From: Podarcis gaigeae
Taxonomy: Eukaryota
NCBI GenBank assembly: GCA_964106915.2
Contig: OZ066920.1
DNA: 64,000 nt
Direction: 5' to 3' (one strand)
Every line of letters begins with the position of its first letter. The first letter of the stretch is position 1. Under the pieces are notes generated by a model. The model searched no databases. It was not told the origin of the DNA and worked only from the letters and a program-made list of their open reading frames with translations. Of this stretch, positions 38,573-51,450 are shown piece after piece. The position numbers and the translations under genes were made by a program.

Positions 38573-39862
38573 GTTAGTACACAAATCTTGAAATAGATAT
38601 GTATCTGAATGTCAGTAGGCATTGTTTTGAATTTTTTATTCTTATTTGAAATGTTTGAAAATGCCCCCCCCTCCGCTGTCATGTGAAGCAACTCAAATCT
38701 GAGGTGAATAGGCTGTGGGTGCAAGGCTTTCGGACAACCTGGAATTATTGAGGGAATTTGTATTTATATTTTGATCTGATTTGATACATTTTTACATCTC
38801 CTCCAAGCTCTTCAGGAATGGGAAAACACTAGGCAGACAGAGAGAGGAGTATATAGTTCTGTGAATGACATCTTTATTTCTTTGGTTATCGGCACTCTCC
38901 ATTTACTTCCAGTTACAGTGTTTATTTTGCTGTGAGGGATAAAACACATCCATCTACACCTTGTTCGGCTTTGGCAGCATGTGACTGGTGGAAATTTGAA
39001 CAGAAAACAATATTCTTTTTTAAATGTCTCAAATAATTTTCTTTATTCATAACTCTAACCCATCCACCATCCTTCTACAATTTTTGCAGGCGCCATATAC
39101 TGGCACCTTTTCCTCTCTTTTTTTTTTTTTTTTTGGTCATGTTCATGGAAATTGTTTGCAAAAGTACATAGGAAATCATTGGGCCTCTTTTTAGAAAACA
39201 AAAACACCTCAGACTTTAAAGCGTCCAAAATCTGAGAGCTTCATTCCCTCAGAAGTGACTACGGTGCCTATAAATATACAATTCTGTATAAAAAAAATGA
39301 AAATTTAGACTATACTGTAGATGTCATAGGAATTGTTGGTTTTTACCCTATGTCTTGGATCCAGAGTGAAACATCAAGTCAGTACAAGCCACTGACCCAA
39401 AGCAACCCCCTCTTCAAACCAACCAGGAAGGTCCAGAATATTTCTTCTGGACACAGCCCTACTAAATTAGCACATGGAGGTGTTTTCACTGAACTGTGTT
39501 ATCATGTGAAAACTAAAAAGAGAACTCACCTGGTATAAAGACTCTCTCACCTCAGAAATGGTTGCCGAACTGCCTTTGAAAATCCAAAAGAGCACAATAG
39601 AAATACCATGCATGTTTTCCAAGGTATTGTGATTAATTAATCTGCCTGGATTCCTCGTTCTTTTTGTCACCTGCTATTTAGGAGTGGGGAATATACAGCG
39701 TGTTAGATACACTGGAGACACAATGTATCATGTCAAGATGAATATAATATGGCTTATCATCATTTTCTTGTGACATATTAATCTACTAAAACCCTCTATT
39801 TGACATATTTTCCTATTAATGAAGCTGCGCATCTTGTTAACCATTTCTTATTTTATTTTTAG

Positions 39863-39917
39863 TGAAAATGTGCAGATTTTGTCAGAGGAAAAACAGAGGA
39901 TAATGATGTTAGAAAAA
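39863..39917 (+). CDS. RB1CC1: RB1CC1 exon 19 (ENVQILSEEKQRIMMLEK)
   Basis: TTTTTAG acceptor, GTGAGT donor, 55 nt. Confidence 0.93.
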
Positions 39918-41491
39918 GTGAGTAGTTTTTGCTCTGGTTACCTATTTATTGCCTTCAAGAGAGATTAGGAACCTGTGTGTTCAGCTTCATGTATTAATGT
40001 ATTGTCATACATTTGCTGAAATAAGGTGGGCTGGAACCACATGGGAGCTAACAAAAGCAAAAGTCCTAACTTCTTCTCGTCCACTGTGATTGCCTTTTTT
40101 CTTATGCATACCGCTACTGGTTATTTAGGGAACATTTGCCTGTGATTTCAGGTTGTTGTAAGAATGTTTGTAAGGGCTATCTATATCTAATGTAGTGCTA
40201 AGCGACTTCTTCCCTTAGTGCAAGTGTTTACACTAGCACAATGGAACTCTACTCCCCTCCACCCTAAATCTGTTCTGGGAGTTTATCCCAGATTTGGGAA
40301 GGGGGTGTGGGTTGTACTCTGGCAGAGGAGAGAGTTCCATTGCGCAAGCTTATATCCTTGTGTTAATGGAGTGAGTGCATTGGATGCCACCCTTCAACCC
40401 TCTGCTTTTAAGATACTTGAAGATGCTTATTTGGAAGAAAGACAAATTCATCCATTGGTCCTATCCAGAGTCATACATAGCAGCTTTAATGACGCTGAAT
40501 TCTATTTTGGATGCATGATGAGCCTGAGTTGCTATTTGACATAGCACGAACAGTTCCCAAAGCACTGACAAAAACTGTGTGTGCAGTTCGAAGTGCAAGA
40601 TACAGAGAATCCAGCCCAGGAACTGCATGTGCAGCACTTGTTTGCACATGTGGATCCTGGTCAGCCAGAGATCTGCTCACAGCAGCATGACCTTTGCTCA
40701 TAGGAGCCTGTTGTGTTTTTGTTTTTTGCACAAGCCTACCTTGCTACCATGTTTGCTGTTTATTGAGCAAACCTGTTACTGTGTTATATGTAATCTGTAA
40801 GATCTGTAAGTTAATTATCCTGTTAATTCTTAACTAATGTAAATTCATTGTCCCATTCTTAAATCAAGTGAGTTCCATAGTTTTACTTTGACAAACATCT
40901 TTTTAAGAATTACTGAGTAGTAACACAACTGTTACTGCTGCTGGATGACTGAAAGCATTTCCTCATTTTAGGTGCTTAGAACTATTAGATCAGAGTCAAT
41001 ACTACCCTTTCATATTAGGACATTTAAACTGATTCCTGTTAAAACTAGAAACATAGGAATTATTGTGGTTCCTTTGGCTTTCCAATTAATACACATTTCA
41101 TAGGTTACTGAGAAAAAGCAGGGATGTAACACATGATTTGTATCCAGAAAGCCTCAGGTTTAATCCCTAACACCTGTAGTTAAAAAGATGTCAAATAACG
41201 ACTGGTTGTAGATGTGTTGACTGGTTTTTAAACTTGTAATACAGATCTCGCCTACCCAGCCATATGCCAGTAAAAAAGGGAAGATGAATACTTGGATCTC
41301 ACCCACCTCCAGTCAAAGCTGGTGTGGTGATGGTGGGAGAGCTCATCTATAGAGATGACTGTTTTCAAATTCCTCCCCTGCCGTCAGACTGCAGGTCATA
41401 AATTGCAGTTGGGACGTATCTTAGAAGCTCGGACACCATGGGCCAAATTAATTTAACAGTATCAAAGCTTTGAGAATTTCTTCTGTCTTCT

Positions 41492-41699
41492 AGAACTTCC
41501 TGACAGTAAGAGAACTTCCTGACAGTAAGAGCTGTTAGTGGAATTTGCTGCCAAGGAATATGGTGGAGTCTCCTTCTTTGGAGGTCTTTAAGCAGAGGCT
41601 TGACAACCATATGTCAGGAGTGCTCTGATGGTGTTTCCTGCTTGGCAGGGGGTTGGACTCGATGGCCCTTGTGATCTCTTCCAACTCTATGATTGTATG
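41492..41699 (+). mobile_element. CR1 LINE 3' fragment
   Basis: GTGGAGTCTCCTTCTTTGGAGGTCTTTAAGCAGAGGCTTGAC...TTCCAACTCTATGATT, a typical CR1 3' end. Confidence 0.82.
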
Positions 41700-42182
41700 A
41701 CTTCTTTGCTAGCCAATGAGAGAAAATTTAACTTTCATGAAATCAAAGCTGAATTTCCAAGTTATGTAACTACTCGGAAGAAAAATGATTCAGCTATGAA
41801 CATCATTATTTGAGTTCATACTTAATAGATGGCACAGCTGGTATGAATTTCTGTTCCAGTAGGCCAATCTGATCTGAAACATATTCAAACCCACTAAAGT
41901 ACATGGCACAATAAATAAGTGTGGGTTATACACTTAACTGCACACACACACACACACTTACATCTGTAGTGTTTTTAAAAAACAGAGCCTCTAGCAACAC
42001 AACCCTAAACCTGTTTACTCAGACTTTAAGTCGCACTGAGATAAATGAGCCATCCTCTCCCACATAAGTATAGAATTGCAGTCTTAAAATATTGAAAACA
42101 TGCATATGAAGTTATAAAACTAATATATGTAAAACTATATTTAAACAAAATGTTGAAAGGTTTGTGTTATGCTGTTTTATAG

Positions 42183-42230
42183 ACGTTGCAGTTGAAAGAG
42201 GAGGAAAATAAGAGGCTTAATCAAAGATTG
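42183..42230 (+). CDS. RB1CC1: RB1CC1 exon 20 (TLQLKEEENKRLNQRL)
   Basis: TATAG acceptor, GTAAGC donor, 48 nt. Confidence 0.94.
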
Positions 42231-42596
42231 GTAAGCATATAACAAAATTATGTGTTTAGAAAACAAATGTGGTTAAACATGTAGGTTTTTGCCACTCTTG
42301 GCTTGTGGCAATGAGACTTAACTCAAGAGGGTATGCCTTTATAATACAGCGTTAAGCCAGGCTACATTTGGATGTGATGATCCTTGTAATTGAGAGGCCC
42401 AAGAAAACTGTTGAGGAGTAAAAAATAATAATTAAACCAATACTTTCAAAGTGGTGGGGAGAGCAAATATTCCTTTTTAAAAATTTTATTTTTGTTTATT
42501 TGATTTCTCTCTCTTTTTTAAAAAAAATCTAAGACATTTCAGAATTTGAGGATGGGAGTAGTTTTTCAAAGAAACAAGGAAAATTATTCATATGTA

Positions 42597-42600
<4 letters not shown>

Positions 42601-42628
<28 letters not shown>
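42601..42628. repeat. (TG)14 microsatellite
   Basis: Perfect dinucleotide run. Confidence 0.95.
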
Positions 42629-42631
<3 letters not shown>

Positions 42632-45590
42632 TGCTTGAATATAAAGCTAGCAATATATAGTGAGGAACAGCCTTGCCAGAAGCAGTTCCATGGGAGTTGC
42701 TAGGAGCTGATCTAGTCTAAGATGTATGATCTAGAATTGTGATGCATTAGTCTAGAAGCATGATGTCATAACAGGAGAGATGTGGCTACATGGGGTTCTG
42801 GAACTCATAGCACTCATGAAAGCTGCTGGTATTGCAGCACTACAAGTGTTTATTAGATTTATTTATGTTTCTGTTTGTGATTTGTGTAAAGGACTTTGAC
42901 TTGGTATGCAGTGGTGTACATTTAGGGGTGGTTGGCAGTAGACTTGATTGATCAATTGATTAAATCATTCTTGATTAAAGATTATTTCAGGAAAGCTTGT
43001 CCCTCATTGCTGAACTTCCCCACAGTGTACAGCCATCAAGGAGTGCCGGGAGTATAGAAAACATGCCTTAGAACGAGTAACCTGCATAAGCACCCTCCAG
43101 ATGTAGTCGGTCAGGGATGATGGGTGTTGTAGTCAGTCAGCCATGTTGCCGGGTACTGATGGAAATGATAGTCCAGCAAAATCAGGAGGAAACCACATTG
43201 GCTATCCCTGCTATTGATGCATCCCCAAAGGCTCTGCAAAACAGAGAATATTCAGCAGGCAAGCTGGAGTCTTGCCTGGTTTCTTTAATGAGATTTTGTA
43301 ACCACTTCATAGGAATAGAAATATTATAGGTTTCTAATTACTTTGAAACTAAGAATCAGTGATACTGTAATAGTTTTGCATAATAATGATGTTGAAATGC
43401 AGTAAAAAGTAGTTTTCACTGGAGGTATTTTTCACTGGCATTCTAAAATACTATTGGTTGGATCCAACATAGTACTACAGTAAACATCCCAATGGTAATC
43501 CTTGTGTGAGTGCAGTTATTGAGTTGACTACCATCCTACGTAATCCTATCCATTTTTACTTGAAAAGTACGTCTCACTGATTTAAATAACTTGCTTCTAA
43601 AAGTTTGTAGCCAAACTTTCATTTAATGGCAAACTTTCCTTTTCCCCCTCGTGTTGAAGTCTAATATATCTTATATTGTGTTCAGCTGAACACTAACAAA
43701 GCTACAAGAGAGCATTTGGCAGTTGGATGTATGATTTAAAGACCGTTTTTTGTCAGTAACAGAAGTTTCACAAGGGGAAAACAGTAACTTAATTATTTCA
43801 CAAGTAAGCACGAATAATCTAAAGCTAGTTTTTGCCAGTCCATGGGTAATTATAGCTGCTACTTGGTTTTGAAGCAACTAATGTAGCAGCCAAGAGCATG
43901 ACTGCATTTTTTCTTGATACTCCCAAGATTTTATCAGCAAATGCTTCCTTTCATTTACGTCATCATAAAGAAGAGATGTGAAGTACATTCTCTCAGCTCG
44001 GATGTACTGTGAGAGCAAGGATTTATGTTCAGTTTTCCATTGATTGAGAGTTATTTTAGGATCCTCTTAGTATCTACGAGGTGCAGTAAGGAAACAGACC
44101 TCTTTCATCTAGAGTCACTGGAACATGTCATTTTTGTGACCGAGACTATGAAAAACCCTGAGTTTAAATGTCATAAAATAAAGGAAAGATTCTAAAAGGT
44201 GTGGGGTGACCGGACAAAGGCGTATATATTCAGCTTTTATGTTCCATATGGACAAAAAGTTACACTGTCAACATAGCAGAACACAAATTGGTTGCCTCTT
44301 AATAGCCCTGTCGAGCATGTAGATCTTTGGATTCAGGCCAATATGTTGAAGAGAAAAGCCTAACAGAGGAAACAGATGATAAAAGTAATTATTTTATATA
44401 CTGAGACTTAAGGCCAGATCTGGTGATGGGGCACATAGTTTTTAAAAGCCTTGTTTAAAATTATGATGAAATAAGAAAGCATGTTAATAAACTTATTGAT
44501 GGTGGTTGGACCTGGAAATGCCATGAAAGATTTTTACAATATAAAAGAGGTGATTCCCCCCCCCCATTACTTTTTGTTCGTTTCTTTGAAATGGTTGTGC
44601 ACAGAATGCTCCTTGGAAAAATTATACTTTTAAGATAACTTTTATATTGTGTGGAAATGATTTTGATGCATCATTGAATATGGGTTTCAGTATTTGATGT
44701 AAGTGTCCATGCTCTTGGTAGCGATGTGAATGCTGAGCATAATTTGGTCAGCTTCTGAAGGTCTTCCTTTCCCTTTTGGTGTGTGGGGAATAGTCCTGCT
44801 TGCAGTCTTTTCATAGGCATCTGGTGAGAACAGCATATCAAGCTAGTTGGATCTTTGGTTTGATACAGCAGGACTCTTGTTATATTCTTGCCCGTTTGAC
44901 TCAGAGTGAAGTACTCACTCCAAGCCCAAACAACAGGGGTGAGCAACCTTTTTGACCCCAAGGGGCTGTAGGCAGGATTGGCAGTAAGTTGAGGACTGCG
45001 TGCTTACATTCATGTTTGTGTGTGCACATACATGCCCTACTGCCACACACATCCTCACACAGAAACCTTGTCACAACCTTCCCATCACACTCTTTCTCAT
45101 ACAAGTAATAGTAAAAAGGAACTTGCTGCTGCTGCCACCACCATCCCAGTGCATTCACACATTTTTGTTTCATTACTGAGCCTCTGTCCTCATTGCCTTC
45201 CTTTTTAAAATTGAGTTTCACAGTGGCAGGTCAGTACAGTACCAGCTATTCAGTAGCTGGTGATCATCACCATATGCAGACTCCCAGTTGGAACTCCTGA
45301 GTGTAGCTGATCCCTGCAAAAAAATCTAGCACCAATGCAAGATGTGCTTTTGGTAGGAATCTTTGTGGCCCCACTCATCTGTCAAAAATAGCCTGTGAAG
45401 AGTGAACCAGTTTTGCATCCAGGCTATTGGTTAAAGAGCACTCCGGCTATGCCTTCACTGGTGTCTGGTGTGTCCCTAGGCAGTCTAATAAGTGGTAATA
45501 GAAATATCATACAATATTGACCCTATAGCCAGAATATGTTGCAGAAACCCTTCAGAAAAGGATAATAATAATGCTGTCTCATTTTTGCAG

Positions 45591-45649
45591 ATGTCTCAAA
45601 GCATGTCTTCGGTGTCTCTAAGACATTCTGAGAAAATTGCAATCAGAGA
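45591..45649 (+). CDS. RB1CC1: RB1CC1 exon 21 (MSQSMSSVSLRHSEKIAIR)
   Basis: TTGCAG acceptor, GTAAGT donor, 59 nt. Confidence 0.95.
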
Positions 45650-46197
45650 GTAAGTATGGGTGTTGATAATGGTCAAGGATTTTTTTTCTGTTTTATTGAA
45701 TTCTTTTTTAAAAAATTCCTCCTCTGGTAAATGCTTTTTAAAGCTCTAATTGAGTGCAGACTGAAAACAGTATATCTGAAAAGCTATTTGAGTGAGTCAA
45801 TTCTCTGCCTTGGTTTATTTAATTGTTCCTATTGGTTTAGGCAAGCATCTAATTGCCCCACCCCACCCTGGGTGTCCTTTTGAAAAAATGCATTGTTTGT
45901 GTTGGGATAGATAATATCCTAGAATTAAACTGCCAAATACAAAAAACCTGGTTGATGTCATTCAAGAGATACTGGTCTGCATCCTTAAGGGAGTACTCTC
46001 CTGTAGAGGTTCCCCCCACACAACTGTGCAACTGAAAGTGAGGATTTGAACATGTCTTCCCACTTCTACTCTGATACTACCTACTGCACAGTACTGGCTG
46101 TATTTTTTAGAACAACAGCCCACTACATATGTACTTTTGTTTTACAAAGTCATATAGAAACGCCTAATGGGATGCAGTTTGTTTTATAAAGTTGTCC

Positions 46198-46719
46198 TGA
46201 TCCACTGGCTCAAAGGAGGGCTTATGGGACTGGTCAGATGCAGGGATACCGAAGAAGGATGTCAAAAATGCCAGTGACCAGTTCTAGTGCTTTATTTTAA
46301 AAAAGATGGGCACTTGCAGCCAACCAGCCTGCCAGGTCTTCCAGCCTTTACAAAAGTGGGATGGACATCACAGTAAGGAGGTGGCTTGTTCGCTCCCAAG
46401 GAGACATGTATATATCCTTTATGCACAAAGCAACATACGTAAGTTTACCCAGAACCTCCCATCACACCTGGCCAGTGAGGCCATAGGTGGCAACTGTCCA
46501 AAGCTTCTCCCTTCTCTGGCCCTAGAGTCCAGAGCCCACAGATAAGCACAGCATCAAAGCAAGCCAGTTAGCATATATCAAAGCAAGTGAATATAAACAT
46601 CTATGAGCTCATTCGTGCAACAACTGCCAATTAGTTTGGGGTTATCTTGACTACCAAGACAGTGTCTTCCAGAACATTTCGCCTTTGGTTCAACACAACA
46701 GTCCCCGATTCTGGCAACA
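46198..46719 (-). mobile_element. Solo LTR (522 bp) with 5-bp TSD TGTCC
   Basis: TG...CA ends; TGTCC at 46193-46197 and 46720-46724; AATAAA on the minus strand near 46291 and a TATA-like run near 46410. Confidence 0.72.
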
Positions 46720-46929
46720 TGTCCATACCTAGCTGGTGAAAGCAAAAACTGCATAATGCCTCAAAAGCATATCACGGCACCAAAGTGTGTAAAGGGCATA
46801 ATGACTCAGGCTGCAATCTTGTGGTCCCTTTCCTAGGAGGAAGCCCACTGAACTTAGTAGGGCTTTCCCCTGAGTAAACAAAAATACAATTGTGCTGCTT
46901 TTCTTCTGAGCCTTGTATTTTTTATCCAG

Positions 46930-47057
46930 TTTTCAGGTTGGCGATTTGGTTCTCATTATTTTGGATGAACGTCACGACAACTATGTATTATTTACTGTTA
47001 GCCCAACTTTGTATTTCTTACACTCAGAATCTCTTGCTGCACTGGATCTCAAACCAG
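46930..47057 (+). CDS. RB1CC1: RB1CC1 exon 22, Claw (Atg11-type) domain (FQVGDLVLIILDERHDNYVLF...DLKP); alternative end 47066
   Basis: TCCAG acceptor; donors GTGAGT (47058) and GTAAGT (47067). Confidence 0.95.
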
Positions 47058-47717
47058 GTGAGTGTGGTAAGTGTCATAACTCTGGAGAGAATGTTCTTGT
47101 ATTTAAATATTCAGTCTTGCAATAATCTGCTTAAAATTTATGTTTGAACATGTGAATGCTTGTATTACATATACGTGTTGGGGCCAGTATATATATAACC
47201 GCTGGCTAGTGCATGATTCCCACATCTTATGAAAAATGTAAACATGAAGAGGGAATTGTGCACATTTTCCAGCAGGACTTATTGAATGCTTACAAGTTGA
47301 TAGTATTTTGTACATATATTTTCCATGCATTATCTCCAAAGGTATTTGAGTGGGGCATTGTACACAACCTAACTGCATTTTTTACATTTTCTGGGCAATG
47401 TGCACATTTGCCAGCCATTATGCAGATGTACCAAGAAACATACCCTTTGTTTCTATCTGTAGTACAGAGGTGGGCAATCCCTTGCTGCATACTACGTCCA
47501 GCCCACTGTTTTAATTTTATGCAGCTTGTGGTGTCCTCTCCTGCTGATGAACTGAGCAGTGGGAGAATGAGGGTGTAGCCGCTGTCTTTTTTCTCCTGCT
47601 ACTTAAGTGTTCTGTGCAGATTAGTTGAGCAGCATTGAGGATGGAGGTTTAATGCTTTGCTTCTCTAATGAGTAGTAGGGAAGCAATATCTGTGGGTGGG
47701 TGGATTTGAGAAAGCTG

Positions 47718-47806
47718 CATAGCTGTCAACTTTTCCCTTTTCTTGCGAGGAATCCTATTCAGAATAAGGGAATTTCCTTAAAAAGAGGGGAAAGTTGACA
47801 GCTATG
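47718..47806. mobile_element. Short MITE with 16-bp perfect TIRs
   Basis: CATAGCTGTCAACTTT / AAAGTTGACAGCTATG. Confidence 0.78.
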
Positions 47807-48029
47807 GGGAGGTGGCATGAAAAAGATGAAGAATCAAAGTATGCCCCACTAATTAATGTCCATGTAGCTTTAAAGTTGCCTAAGGAAGTTTCCTATGGTG
47901 CTGGATTGGGCAACTGAAGTGTAGCAGAGATGAAGGTGAGCTGTCTGCCTGCTTTTATCTTCTATTGCTCCTTGGTGAGAGTAGATCCCTCTTACGCACC
48001 ATACAATAAACTAATTTCTTTTGTCAGTA

Positions 48030-48271
48030 CAGTCATACCTCAGGTTAAATATGCTTCAGGTTGAGCGCTTTCGGGTTGCGCTCCGCGGCGACCCGGAAGT
48101 AATGGAACGCGTTACTTCCAGGTTTCACCACTTGCACATGCCCAGACGGTCAATGACGTCACGCGCATGCGCGGAAGCAGCGAATTGCAACCTGCAGACC
48201 CGGGTTGCTTTCGCTTCAGGATGCAAACGGGGATCCAGAACGGATCCCATTCGTATCCAGAGGTACCACTG
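48030..48271. mobile_element. Tc1/mariner-type MITE, CpG-rich
   Basis: TA-CAGTCATACCTC...GAGGTACCACTG-TA; internal similarity to 19304-19491. Confidence 0.85.
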
Positions 48272-48528
48272 TATGTCGCTAAAAGATGACAATATGCCAC
48301 TATACACATTTTTGCTAGTATACGCTTTTTCAAATTCAAATGCAAGATTATGAGTTTAGAATATTGTACCAATTTGAGGTAACATTTTGTATATGGAAGT
48401 TTTTTATTCCATCAGATAATTAAAATTAAGATTATAATGTGCCTGCTAGATAAATGGCCATGGACAATTTTGTGCCTAAAGTAGTTTGGATAATATCATG
48501 CCACAAGTAATAAATATTCTCCTTCCAG

Positions 48529-48599
48529 CTTCAGGAGCATCTCGAAGACCTTGGGTGTTGGGAAAAGTGATGGAAAAGGAATATTGTCAGGCAAAAAAG
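48529..48599 (+). CDS. RB1CC1: RB1CC1 exon 23 (SGASRRPWVLGKVMEKEYCQAKK)
   Basis: TTCCAG acceptor, GTAAGG donor, 71 nt. Confidence 0.95.
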
Positions 48600-48736
48600 G
48601 TAAGGATAGATATTCAGTTTCAGCATGGCTCATTGAAAATATTTGCAAGAGTTCCTTTTAGTTAAGAGGGAACTTTACCCTCATTCTTACTCATAACTCT
48701 GTTTTAAACTCAGTTGTAGGAGTAATATTTAAAGTA

Positions 48737-48886
48737 CCATATTTTTCTGTCTGTAAGATGTCCTCTATTTTGGGGGACTCAGATTTAAGAAAATGGGGGG
48801 GAGATGTATCTATGTATAAGACGCCCCCTAATTTTTGACATTATTTTTTAGGGAAAAAACCTAGTCTTATACACAGAAAAATAAAG
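48737..48886. mobile_element. pogo/Tigger-like MITE
   Basis: TA-flanked, imperfect 22-bp TIRs CCATATTTTTCTGTCTGTAAGA / TCTTATACACAGAAAAATAAAG. Confidence 0.7.
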
Positions 48887-49505
48887 TAATTGTTAGCTTT
48901 TTAATTCATCCCTCACATATCATAGCCATCAACACTACTATTTTTTATGAAAGTGCTCTGAATCAACTTCTTAAGTCTAAAAGCTTGGCTAACTATGAAA
49001 TACTTTTAAATATCTTGGGGCAAGTACTTCAGTAATTTGCTGAGCTGCTGCCAATAGCTAATCAAGAAGCAAGTGCTTTGAGGTGTCACAAAATTATTGT
49101 TTTACCCATAGCCCACTAGATGGTGAAATAGTAATTTACCTCAAAAGGAGATTCAGTTTCACTTAATGTACATTAAATATCTTATTCTGTTAAATTGGGT
49201 AGATTTAGTTGCATTGCCCATTCACAGAGAATTTCTGCATATTTGACCATTTTCACCTTAAAGATACTGAGCTTGTCAAAGGACGCTTGATTTATATTTA
49301 GCTAGTGTTATTGTGCTTGCATGAATTAGTGAGCCATTATTGTGAATAAAACAAGTTGTGATTATGGGCTGGGGTGGGGGGAGGCCATGCAGCTGCCAGC
49401 TCAACCATGTCTGCAAAGAAGTGAGATGAAAAAGTAGCGTCTTCTGACTAGCTCTGGTATATTTCAAATAATTACTTGTATATGTGTGTTTTTGTTTTTG
49501 CTTAG

Positions 49506-49583
49506 GCACAAAACAGATTTAAAGTTCCTTTGGGTACAAAATTCTACAGAGTAAAAGCAGTGCCATGGAACAAGAAAGTATAA
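49506..49583 (+). CDS. RB1CC1: RB1CC1 exon 24 coding part (AQNRFKVPLGTKFYRVKAVPWNKKV*)
   Basis: CTTAG acceptor; recognisable FIP200 C-terminus; TAA at 49581-49583. Confidence 0.97.
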   Translation, partial: AQNRFKVPLGTKFYRVKAVPWNKKV

Positions 49584-50449
49584 CACATGATGGAAACTCC
49601 TCATCACCATTTTTTTCTGGCCTGGGCCTTCAGTGCTCATTCACCACTCCCAAGTAGCAGGCCATCATCTTTTTATACTGAGGTCCCATGACAATGCTCC
49701 ACAATGTAATACTGTCGCCCCTCCCTTCTTCCTTTTTAATGTGTTACATTTTAGAAACAAGGATTTCATCACAACGTCTGGCCTAACTGTTCCAATTTTT
49801 TTTACCTGGATAACTTTAGAAGTGTGGACCAAATGAGTTCATTTTCTGAAAGGGCAAATCTTACATATCATGGCTTATTTACTAGCCATGCTAATAGCCT
49901 GTTAAATATACATTAGTTCCTATTAGGTGTTAAATGTTAGCTACCATTATTACCAGCATATGACCTTTTGTGAAAACATTATCAAAATACTTGCACTCTT
50001 TAACAGATTCTTTATAATATGTATAAATTCATCAGTTATTTAAAGAGGAGTGTTCATTGCATGCAGATAATCATAAGTTTCTTCAACATGAGTTTGCCTC
50101 AGTAGATGAAAAGGTAACTATTGCAACTGGTGTTACAAAGCCCTTTAATAGAAGAGAGAGAGAAGAAAAATGTTGGACTGATATGAAACAGCAATAGGTA
50201 AAGCTTTTTCAAAGGATTGATCACAGAATTTTGAAGGGAAGCAGATGTGCTCTTGTATTTAAAAGAAGCACATGAACCTTCCCAATCCACAGAGAAGTCT
50301 TGTATTAATCTATTTAGAAAAATCATATTGATAAAATTATATTTCATGGCTGAGGTTCAGGAAAAAAAGAATCCATTGTACATTAACTATGAAAAGGTCA
50401 TTGAAGTAACAAATTATTGTATTGTAAAAGACACGTAGAATTTTCAAAC

Positions 50450-50455
50450 AATAAA
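50450..50455 (+). terminator. Candidate polyadenylation signal AATAAA of RB1CC1 (others at 50700 and 52026)
   Basis: Canonical hexamer about 870 nt after the stop codon, in an AT-rich 3' UTR. Confidence 0.55.
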
Positions 50456-51239
50456 GATTTGAACCTGTAAATGTCTAAATGGTCTGCATGCTTTTTAAAT
50501 GCCCGTGTGGTACGACAGTTCTATCCAAGACTGTTCTTGTAAATTTTAAATTTAAATGTATAAGATAATTTGTATGAATATAAAATGCCTGTATTATTTC
50601 AAAAGAAACAGCATTCTGAAACTTTCAGTGTATGGCAAAGCTCATAATTCTAATGAGAGTTCATGTTTGCACAGCAAAACATCTAAGTAAAATGGTTCAA
50701 ATAAATTGCTTGGGACAAGGCAAAATAGTGTTTGTTCTAACCATTTTTCTTCATGCACAGTATCTTCCTAACTCTTCTTTGTAATTCCATAGAAGAATAA
50801 TTGTAGAATTCAGTCTACATTTAATGTCCAAGAGTTTCAAAACGTCTGGAAATCTTGTGAACTGTATGTAACCCTGAGCTCTTTGGTCTGGATATAGGGG
50901 CACTATAAATAGACACTTGATGACAAAAATACACATTACTGCACTTTTTCTTCTCACCACACAGAAGTAAAATAAGCAAAAATAGCAGTGGCCCATTTCA
51001 AATGTTATCATTCCAGTCTGATGAACTGTGGGTCCATGGGCAGGAAGAAGCTGTTTCCTTGCATCCCTGGTTTCAGTGAAGATTTTTGTTGTTTCTTAAG
51101 CTCCCAGTTTCCGATGACACCCAAACTGAGTGACTGTGACTTGAGAGCTCTTGCCAAGCTATGATACGAAGCCAGGGTCAGATCCTATCTTCATACATTG
51201 GTTTGTGGAGATATTTCCTTTTGCATATTCTGTGTAAGG

Positions 51240-51450
51240 CAGGCATGTCCAAAGTCTGTTTTGGGGGCCTAATCTGGCCCCCGTGGCTGTATATGTCCTG
51301 GGGTAAAATTCTAAAAAAAAAAAAGCTGAACAATTTTGGGGTAAACATTTTTTTTAAAGCGCAACAACTGTGGTCGGCCCTCATGCACGTTCACTTTGGT
51401 CCTCTTTGGAAAAAAGTTTGATCCTCTTTGAAAAAGTTTGGGCACCCCTG
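51240..51450. mobile_element. hAT-like non-autonomous element
   Basis: CAGGCATGTCCAAA / TTTGGGCACCCCTG termini with GGCCC subterminal motifs. Confidence 0.68.

Larger units (their letters stand above)
12659..49583 (+). other. RB1CC1: RB1CC1/FIP200 coding span: 22 coding exons, 4776 nt, 1591 aa (1594 aa with alternative donor)
   Basis: Exons assembled by hand: all GT-AG, phases consistent, running from MKLYVFLVNTG... to ...VKAVPWNKKV*. Confidence 0.97.
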
